A stretch of DNA of 64,000 bases from Eledone cirrhosa (Eukaryota): positions 29,202,001-29,266,000 of the forward strand of contig OZ024760.1 of assembly GCA_964016885.1 (NCBI GenBank), given 5' to 3'. The notes below the pieces were generated by a model. It searched no databases. It was not told the DNA's origin and saw only the letters and a program-made list of their open reading frames with translations. Below are positions 53,702 through 64,000 of this stretch, in pieces (position 1 is the stretch's first letter; the number at the start of each line of letters is the position of its first letter). The position numbers were made by a program, and so were the translations under genes.

Positions 53702-54116
53702 ATATTATCAAGAAAACGAAAAATCAGTGATGCATCTGGACTTAGTTTATTTCGTGTTACAAATGTTTCACCGGCAGGTAGCTCGAGTCATGGTCCTTGT
53801 ATGGATCTGGCAGATTCTACTTCTGCGGGTTCTTTCAGACACGGGTGTTATGTCCGGAGCAAATTTTATCACTGTGATAAAATTTGCTCCGGACATAACA
53901 CCCGTGTCTGAAAGAACCCGCAGAAGTAGAATCTGCCAGATCCATACAAGGACCATGACTCGAGCTACCTGCCGGTGAAACATTTGTAACACGAAATAAA
54001 CTAAGTCAAGATGCATCACTGATTTTTCGTTTTCTTGATAATATCTACACTCTACTCTGATGAATATCGAGTGCTAATTTTGGCATACCGCCTACGGAAG
54101 CACCATAGCTACCACT
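53702..54116 (+). mobile_element. Palindromic Penelope-like pseudo-LTR remnant (343-bp palindrome 53702-54044 plus tail)
   Basis: Arms match except one mismatch, 1-nt spacer at 53873, (TA)n flanks, hammerhead-like core, tail with ACTC...GAGTGC. Confidence 0.65.
53903..53993 (+). ncRNA. Hammerhead-like motif with one extra core nucleotide (CTGAAAGA); mirrored on the - strand in the left arm
   Basis: cgtgt CTGAAAGA acccgcag...ctgccggt GAAA C-ATTT-G TA acacg. Confidence 0.55.
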
Positions 54117-54322
54117 ATACACAAATATATATATATAGATAGATAGATGTGTATATATGTATGTAAGTATATATATATGTTTGTGTGGGTGTGTGTGTAT
54201 GTATGTATATACGAGTATGTGTGTGTATAAATATAGTATGTATATATATGTCTGTGTGTATAAATATACATGTATGTTTATGTATATATATGTGTGTGTG
54301 TATAAATATATATGTATATATA

Positions 54323-54369
<47 letters not shown>

Positions 54370-54841
54370 TATCACTTCTTTTTTTTTCACAACTTTGGTG
54401 TTTAATTTTTTTTTTACACATTTTTTAAACCCCCAAAAAATACGAAAGAAACCATGCTTCAAGTATTATTTTGAACTTTCCAGATAAAATACATACGTGT
54501 CAGTTTGAATAAAAAGGTAAATATTTTGCACACTCTGTGGAAAAAATGTTTGTTAAAATTAGAAGGAAAAAATCTTTAAAAATAGCATAAAATTCAAAGT
54601 AGTCCCTTGGGAAACTTCTATTATCCACATTTAGAACACACTTGTCATGTCTTAGTATTGCACTTTTACAAGGAATATGTCTTTATATTGGTGTATATGT
54701 GTGTGTATATATATATATATATATACGTGTGTACAGACATAGGCACATATATATATACACTCACATATATGTGTGTGTGTGTATGTATATGTATTTGTGT
54801 GTATATATATATGTATATATATATATGTGTATATATATAAA

Positions 54842-54892
<51 letters not shown>

Positions 54893-57251
54893 GCATATGC
54901 ATGTTTGTCTATCTTTTTTATAAAAATAAGATACACACAAACATATATATATATTTATATATATATATGTATGTATACACATACATAAATAACCTACTAC
55001 ACCCTCACATATGTCACCATGTACGTATACACACACATGCAAAAGTCATGAATCGGCCTTTGATCATAGCTGTGCTGAATCAGGGCAGACTCAGGGCTAA
55101 ACAGCATCAGCAACAACAACACAACAACAAAATGTATTAAGGGATTTAGAAAACCTGGTAGAAATATTCTTTTTATCAAAATAAAGTCTAGAAAGTATTA
55201 CCTCCTTTGCTAAGACTGGTTTACAACCTTAGAAATATCATGGCTCAAATCTCTGCTCCCTTGATCCTATTTTAAGCCTGGATTAACATTTTCTCTTTCA
55301 CCCACTTATTCCTGAGAGGGTCGCAGGGGCAGAGTCCTCAAACACTCCTTCCAGCAGCTCCTGTCAGAAGCAACTGTCTCCAATTGATCCCTAAGCATGA
55401 CCTGCCAAGCTCATGGATGTTATCCAACCATCTTGTTCAGAGTCTACCTCTGGGTCTCCTGCCGGTTGGTTTTGCCCGTAAAATCTATCCAATGATTCTT
55501 TTCTGAGACATTCTAAGCCATAGTATCGGAGCTGGGATCTCTCAATTCATGGAAGTAGTGGATTAACATGCAAACTTAAATTTAAATTGGATTTATCCAT
55601 GGTTCAGATCATCTTAGTTTTCCCACTATTGGCAGACGAAATGAAGCTCATTTATTAAAACTAAAAACCTTTTGAACCTCCTCGACTGCGTATTATTATT
55701 TTTTTTAAAAATACTATCAGATGCCAAGATTCTTTCACTTTTTCTAAAGGTAAACATGTTTTTATTGGTTAAATTCTTTCACTAGCTCTCTTTTCCTCTA
55801 GAGAAGGCAGAATGTGATGAAAAAATATATTTGAAATATAAATAAATGGTTTTAAAATAATTTAGAATCTCTTGTTGGTAACGATAGAGCTAATTAGGAA
55901 ATTAATTTAAAAGTAATTACATGAGAAATAGATTAAAGTCAATAGGTTTTTTTTTTTTTGTTTATTTTTCCAACCAACTACCCACCTCCACCTCACTCCT
56001 CTTATATATCTTGCTTTAATGATGTAACATTTTTCACTTAGAAACAGCTGTCAGATTTATCAACTTGATTATTACCTTCCCTCCTTCTGGTTAATGTTAA
56101 AACATCTAGCATGTTCTTATAGCAAAAAGAATCCATTGGGAATTGTGCAATAAATACAACTCAGAAACGCAACATCAGTGGTAGAAACAAACTCCTCTTG
56201 AATACTGCGTATGAGGAGGTTAGGGAGTCGAGTCGTTTTAGGACCTTGTGATCAAGACCACAAACAAAGTCCAACACAACCTCCCAAGATGGACTCTAAT
56301 TTATATTGAGATCCCTCAAGACCACAATGTGGCTGAAAAGCAAATGGAAAAGATTAATAAGTTGGCTGACCTTACAGGTACTGTTAGAACTGATCCCCAT
56401 TTAGAGACAGAAGTTGGGCCCTTAGTCAGTGGCGCAGTAGACACAGTCCTTAAATGTCTTATGTCTTTCATGAAAAGGCTCAGGATCCCTAACTTCATAG
56501 GTAGTGGCTATATTTCTGCCATTACAGGGATATATTGATCCTCTGAGATGAGGTTGATCCGAGGTCGATTAACTTGCTTCACCTAGCAACTAATTGATAG
56601 AAAAGCTTTACAAAAGGAAATACTTATTATTATAAGGGTGGTGGATTGGCAGCAGTAATCAGCAGAATATAGGACACCATCTCTCACCATTACGTGGGGA
56701 CCCACATGCTGGTCACCAGAAATGGCAAAATAAAGCAGGAGTTTATCTAAGTATCATGTGATTAGTTATAAATGTTAGGCAGAATTATAGTTTATAGAAA
56801 ATATAAATAAATACATTTTCTACTTACGAATGTTTTCATTTTACAGAGAAAAAGTATTTTATATAGAAAACAAAGATTATGTTATTAAGACAACTTGGCA
56901 TTATTCATATATCTCTACATAAATACACACACTGATACATACATACATACACACACACACCCATATATATACATACGTACATACATACACACATATATGG
57001 TGGCTGCAAACTCTGCTAAGAGTATTGCAAAAAAAAACAAAAAAACTACCATTTGGATGGCTGTTGACTGCTGAATTCCTCGGCCCTTTGCCAGGTCGTG
57101 TATTTCATCCAGGAGGGTGTCCAAATATCACCCTCCTCACCAAACAAGCTTGGTGGGGTTGCTGGTTGAGTCACCGACGACCTGACCATGAGACAGGTTG
57201 TACTGGGTTACATGTTACCAGTAGCACTCGAGAGCGACCTGACATACACAC

Positions 57252-57283
<32 letters not shown>

Positions 57284-57753
57284 ACATACATATATACATA
57301 GATATTAATGCAATAGTTGACATAGGTTAAGCAGTTAACATGTTCACAGCCGTTCACAGTGTTATAGTTTACACCCGTTCACTGTGTTAACACAGGTTAA
57401 ACATGTTTGTATGTTCACAACAGTTCACAGTATGTTAACATGTTCACAACAGCACATCGTACAACAGTTCACAAAGGTTAAAATCTATAAAATCATGTTC
57501 AATCGCTGCATGTAGATGATAATAATTAATTATATATATATTATAAAGAGAGATGATTTTATGTATACATCTCTGTATATTATATAATACTGTTATGTCC
57601 ATTTCAAAGACATCAAAGTGGTTATATAATAATTATTTGATGTGTTGTCATCAGAGAGGTATTAAGGTTTAATATTTGTTTTTGTTTTTGATATGCTCGC
57701 CATAGTTCGGAACACGATGTTAGCAGTCTGGCTACAAACGAACATATATATAC

Positions 57754-57819
<66 letters not shown>

Positions 57820-58728
57820 TTATTTATGTTCATACACTTAACATGTACGCACTACCTTACATTTTGGGGTCCAGTTATAGCTACCACTATATAGTGGAGG
57901 AGCAGTTCTAAAACTGGCCTCTCTCTCTTCAGGGGCAAACCTAAGATAGGGCACACATGTTAAATGTATGAACATTAATAAAAGCTATAAATATATATAT
58001 ATATATATATTGTGTTTTGAAGCAATTTTTGCAACTATTGTGAAATACTAGAGGGCCCAGCAATGTGTATAAAGATCCTAATCATTTAAAATTCTGATTT
58101 ATTTTTTACCTGTGGGGTGTAGGGTGAGGATGATGGAGGGAGGAGGTTTGCTATCTTAACTCCTGATACCATCAACACCACCACCACCTTCTGATACCAT
58201 CAACACCAACTCCTCCCCCACCAAAACCACCACCATCTCCCCTCCTTCTCCAGTACCACTACCACCATCACCATCATCACCATCATCATCGTTACCATCA
58301 ATACCACTACTACCACCATTACCACTACCCCAACCAGCACCACCATTACCACTACCCCACCACCATCACCACTACTCCCACCAATACCACCACAACTACC
58401 ACTACCACCATCATCATCATTACCACCATCACCACCACCATTACCACTACCCCACCCACCCCACCCCACCACCACCATTACCACTAACCCACCACCATTA
58501 CCACCACCACAACTACCACTACCACCATCATCATCATTACCACTACTCCCAGCAGCACCACCACCACCATTACCACTACCCCAGCACCACTATCACCATC
58601 ACCACCACCACCATCAGCTTAATCACTACAATCATCACTGCCACCGCCATCATCACTACTGCCACCATCACCGCCACCACCACCACCACCAGTACCACAA
58701 AGTGCTCTAGAGTTTATATCTTTCGCAG

Positions 58729-58929
58729 CCTTTAGATGTGGAAGACCGTAATGGGGGAGCAGTGTCACCCACGACTAAGAACACCACAGACTGCTCCTCT
58801 CCATCCTTCTCCACCACTGCCATCTCTTCCTCGTCCTCTACACAAATGACTGCCAACCCACCCACCACAGAACCTCAACACACTACTCCACCTATAGACG
58901 CGGCGCAAGTCTCACATTTAAATCTGCAG
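58729..58929 (+). CDS. MPDZ: MPDZ-like linker exon (PLDVEDRNGGAVSPTT...SHLNLQ), phase 0-0
   Basis: atctttcgcag acceptor, CAG|gtatta donor, 201 nt open, phase continuity. Confidence 0.75.
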
Positions 58930-59196
58930 GTATTACTGCGATTATCTCCCTTTGTTCTTATTATGTTTCTGCTTTGATGATCACACATTTCTCTACTGCA
59001 CATGTGACACAACTTTCTATACGTCCTTGTTTCAATTTACAATTTTCTCAAAAGAGCTACGATACTCGCTGATTGGCTGGCTGGCTGCATTGCTGGATTT
59101 TTCCATCCATCTATATTATGCTATATATTTGCATATTTGCATAATTGCATATTTACATAATTGCATATTTGCATCTCCTTTATTCACATTTTTGTG

Positions 59197-59231
<35 letters not shown>

Positions 59232-59566
59232 TCTTTTAACATTTTTTGTTATATATATATATTGTATGTATATATATCTATATATATATATATATTTATG
59301 TGTGTATGTGTGTTTTTATGTATATATATGTGTGTATATATATATATATATGTGTATGTATATATATATGTGTATGTATATATATATGTGTATATATATA
59401 TGTATATATGTGTAAATATATATGTGTATATATATATGTATGTATGTGTATATGTGTATATATGTATATGTGTATATATATATATGTGTATATATACATA
59501 TGTGTATATATATGTGTATATATATGTGTATATATACATATGTGTATATATATGTGTATATGTATA

Positions 59567-59599
<33 letters not shown>

Positions 59600-60265
59600 T
59601 GTATGTGTGTATGTATATTATATGTACATTATATATGTATGCTTATTATATATATATAAATATGTATGTATACATGTTGTCTTCCACATTTTCTTTAAAT
59701 ATGGAGTTTGTGCATCCTTTTTTAAACTCGTACTTCACTGTTTTATTTCAAATCTCTTTTTCTAATCAATATCTCTTCTTTTGTATGTGTGTGTTATTCT
59801 CACTATTACTATTACTCATACTGAAAACTTTATTATTATTATCATTTGAAATTTCCTTTTGAGTTTTGCTTCTTTCCTAAATTGTGTCAAGTGTCAACCT
59901 GGCACCTGAGGCAAACTTTGATAATACATTTTACAATCAATTGTCACACAAATGATGCCACAAGGGCACAAACAACAGTAAATGTCCTTGCAAAGATTTT
60001 AAATTGATAATTATTATTATTATTAGAAGGGCAGTGGATTGGCAGTATCGGTAGAGGGTCGGATGCCATGCTTTGATGCATAAAGTTACGGCCCTTGCCA
60101 TTCTGAGTTCAAATCCCGCCAAGCTTAACTTCGCCTTTCATCCTTACAGGGTCGATAAAATAAAGTACCAGTAATACACTGGGTAATTGCTGGCCTTGTA
60201 CCAAAAATAGAAACAATTATTATTATTATTGTTATTATTATTGTTATTGTTATTATTATTATTAT

Positions 60266-60580
60266 TCTTGGAGTCTCAGTCATTGGTGTTATTTAACTGA
60301 AAAGTTTGTTCAAATGAACATCAAGCCACTACCTGCAGCCTCAGTTATTCAGGTCGTATCGGAGGGTTCTTGCTGTTCCCAGCAAGCAAACCTTTTGAAG
60401 TGTTGCAAAAAACGGGGCTGGACTAATGTTCTCTAACCATTCTTGAAAACTCTTGGAGATAGTACCTAGTGTGCCTATGACAATCGGGACAACCTTGATT
60501 TCATGGCAGTTCCAAATCCTTTTTAACTCCCACTTTAAATCCTGGTATCGTTTAATTTTCTTCCTCTCCTTTTCTTGCAT
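60266..60580 (-). mobile_element. Second R4/Dong 3' fragment
   Basis: Near-identical to 19962-20275, again between (TTA)n tracts. Confidence 0.85.
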
Positions 60581-62815
60581 TTTTGTGTCAAATTATTATT
60601 ATTATTATTATTATCTTCATATGTGAGTATTAATATTTGTTTTTCTTTGTTTTTCCGTTTTTTTACATCTTTTCTCTTGCCTGTTTACTTTGAAACCAAA
60701 ATTTTTTATTCTTTTTTTGCTTTTGTTTTTTTCTCCTCTTTCTTCTTTTTAATTAAAATGAATTTATTCGTTAAGTATGAATGTAATGTATTCAAAAATA
60801 CATGAATGTTATTTATTCAAAATTTGAGAATTTATTTAAATTGTAAGAATTTAATTTATTCAAAATGTATTAACATAATTTATTCATAATATATGAATTT
60901 AATTTATTTTAAATATACAAATTTAATTCAATCAAAATGTGTGAACATAATTTATTTAAAATATGAGAATTTAATTTATTCAAAATGTTTGAAATTAATT
61001 TATTCATAATATGAAAATTTAATCTATTTTAAATATACAAATTTAATTTATTCAAAGTGTGAGAAATTAATGTATTCATAATGTATGAACATAATTTATT
61101 CATAATATATTCATTTAATTTATTCAAAATGTAAGAAGTTAATTTATTTAAAATGTGAGAATTTAATTTATTCAGAATGTAAGAAGTTAATTTATTAAAC
61201 TGTGAAACCTTTATTGAAATCTCACTGGGCTTCACTTAGCTTTTCACTCTTCCAAAGTTTGTAAAACAAATAAATACCAGTTATGTGCTGAGGTAATGAC
61301 CAGTTCAGTCAATATCTGTTCCTTAAAACAAATTTTGTGACCTAGTGCTACTGTTGAAAGCCATTATTTTGGACTAGATGTTACTTTACAAAGACAAAAG
61401 TTGACTGTGATTTCAAAGTTTTAGCTGTAATGGGCTTTGTTAGGAAACTTGTTTGGTTCTGGCAGGTAGGTGTAGGGTTAATTAGTATCTTAACCCTTTT
61501 GATACCAGACTGCTTTCAACTACCCCTGTTTCGATGATACAAAACTGTTTGTTTTAAAGTGTTTATATTTATCTAAAACCCTCTCCATCATAATCTTATG
61601 TAAGACCCTTTGTTAAGTTATGTACCAAACAGTAGCTTAACTTGTTTGATACCAAACCATCTGGAACTCTCCTTGGTTCATCTAAAGCCATCCTATTAGG
61701 TAGGCTCTGATTGAGTAGATCTATAATCAATACCACGTCCTCTAATGTAATCCGAGTTATCACCTTTTTAAGACACTTCAGTGATTAACTCCTTTCATAC
61801 AAAACTGCCTAAAACCCATTTCTGTGTTACAAAACTGTTTTAAAGTGTAAATGAGTAGTTGTTTGACTTTTGTCACACACCCTGTAACCTTCTCAATCAC
61901 TATTCTTGCTTCTCTCTGTTCCCACATTCTTCTGACCTTGATCTACTTTACTCCATCTTGTATTTATTATTTCATTACTAAGATAATAACATAACATGGT
62001 TTTTATATAATTATATTTGAAGATTTTAATTTTTTCTTCTTTTTCCATCCCTCACACACACTCTCCCCCCCTCTCTCTCTCTCTCTCTCTTCATTTCTTA
62101 TATATACATACATTTCTCTCACTTTCTCTGCCTTTCATATATATGTATATATGTATATGTGTATATATATATATGTGTGTATATATATATCCATTTCTCT
62201 AATACACACACACACGCTCTCTCTTTTTCTTATATATATATCCTCACTTCTCTCTCACACACTCTTTTTCCCTCCCTCACACTCACACACAGTCTCTCCA
62301 TCTCACATTCAGACACAGTCTCCCCGTCTCTCATTCACATGCAGTCTCTCCCTCTCTCATTCATACACACAGTCTCTCCCTCCCTCACACACACAGTCTC
62401 TCTCTCTCTCATTCACACACACAGTCTCTCTCTCTCTCGTTCTCTCTCTTTTAAAATGGGTGGTTTTTGTATCAAAGAACTCAAGCTAGTTTCAGCTGCA
62501 TTGGTATCAATAGGGTTAACATTGAATGTGGCTTTGTCAATGTAGGACAATGTTTAAGGGCAAACATTCATAGCGGTGCATATTTCTGCTAATTATATTT
62601 TAACGTCTACCTTTTCAACTAATTATCCTTCATAGAAAAAGCTAATTATATTTCTTAAATATAATTAATTACATTTGACAAGATAAAAGAGGTTTAAAGA
62701 GACAACGAAGTAGACAATAAAAACTGATCAGGTCTGACCTGAGGACTAAACAACAACAACATCTTCTTGGTCTCTCAAAAATAGCTTGCTATTTTTAAAC
62801 AGTAGAAATTAATTG

Positions 62816-62927
<112 letters not shown>

Positions 62928-63506
62928 GTGTGTGTGTTTGTATGTGTGTGTTTGTATATGTATGTATGTGTGTTTGTATGTGTGTGTGTTTGCGTCTGTC
63001 TGTATATCATCATCATCATCACCGTTTTACGTCCATTCTTCCACGCTATCATGGGTTAGACAGGTTGTCCTGTTGTGGGCAGTGTCCGGTCGGCTGACCT
63101 TGTCTTGCTCATACAGGAACTAATTCTAGCTTGATTTCTACAGCTGGATGCCCTTCCTAACACCCACCTCATTTACAGTGAGTGCTGGGTGCTTTTTTGC
63201 TGTGGCACCTCCACGTCCACTTTACAGTGGGAGGGTGTGGGGGCATATTGTCTATATGCTTCAGCATATAGTGTATATATATATATATATATATAATTTA
63301 TCCTTTTAATTGAGTCTTGTGAAGCGTATTATCTTTAGTCAGTATTTTCTTCACCCTGGCGGTCTACATCCCTTGTGATTTGAACACTTATATGTATATA
63401 TCTGTGTCTCTCTTAAGGCTTGGAAAACTTTTCCCTTGAGCTACTTTGATTATAAGGGACTAATATGAGTTTTTAACTCAATATATACTTTTGATATTTA
63501 TATCGA

Positions 63507-63549
63507 ACCAAGCTGATGATCCGAATAAGGTGAAACAATTGTTCTCAGT
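63507..63549 (+). ncRNA. Minimal hammerhead-like motif (GUU site); same family at 29884-29926 (-)
   Basis: accaag CTGATGA tccgaataaggt GAAA C-AATT-G TT ctcagt; weak stem I. Confidence 0.45.
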
Positions 63550-63711
63550 AATGGTGAACTAACTGTTGGGGAACTACTTCTACCAAACTCGTCCCATGGA
63601 CCGAGTGCTCTACTACTATGGATATAACCCTCCAGTGTTCTATTATATATATATAGATATGTGTGTGTGTCTGTGTATTTGTGTGTATATATATATATAT
63701 ATATGTAACTA

Positions 63712-64000
63712 TCTAGGGTGGGTAAAATTCCCGAGATCCATGGACAAGTTCTCTCCAGCGGTCTCTGTCCTTCATCATCGCCACCATGTCCTGCACCTCC
63801 CAGAGACCTGTGTCTGTCCTTAGAGCATCAACATATGTCAACCTCGGTATCCCTGTTCCAGTGTGTCCATGTAGGGGCTCCCACAAGAGCACTGAGTGCA
63901 ATGTCAACTCTGGATGTCGGTGAGCATGTCCAGCTAACCTCAGTCTCCTCTGTGTTACTTTCGAGCTGACTTTTGGGAGGCTCCCGTACAGCTCTGAGTT
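63712..64000 (-). mobile_element. RTE-like LINE 3' fragment running off the window end
   Basis: VLLWEPLHG...GIPRLTYVDALRTDTGL...MMKDRDRWRELV. Confidence 0.7.

Noticed and set aside
53727-54019. Two identical 83-aa proteins on opposite strands
   Set aside because: A consequence of the DNA palindrome; no protein motif.
56248-56538. 96-aa ORF in unique-looking sequence
   Set aside because: No splice signals compatible with the host gene and no recognisable domain; possibly a decayed TE fragment.

Overview
Eukaryotic, very AT-rich and microsatellite-rich genomic DNA. The repeat content suggests a coleoid cephalopod such as an octopus (inference). The whole window lies inside one + strand gene, a multiple-PDZ-domain scaffold (MPDZ/MUPP1-PATJ family). 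Ten phase-compatible coding exons (6590-58929) encode a low-complexity linker and two PDZ domains resembling MUPP1 PDZ6 and PDZ7, and include a 21-nt microexon. The introns hold tRNA-derived SINEs, LINE 3' fragments (CR1, RTE, R4/Dong, ingi/Vingi-like), MITEs, two non-autonomous Helitrons, a full-length but stop-interrupted DD37D (maT) Tc1/mariner element and TE-derived minisatellites. The most striking unannotated signal is a set of at least a dozen small insertions in (TA)n tracts, from several unrelated sequence families. They share the architecture (TA)n - long inverted repeat - short tail with an ACTC...GAGT stem - (TA)n, and most carry type I hammerhead ribozyme motifs. Several are minimal hammerheads with palindromic loop 3, and one inverted pair is fully canonical with a GUC site. 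They are best read as Penelope-like retroelement (pseudo-LTR) or retrozyme-like remnants that place self-cleaving RNA motifs and long dsRNA hairpins in the host pre-mRNA. Almost all ORFs in the supplied track are microsatellite artefacts. All folding and translation was done by eye.
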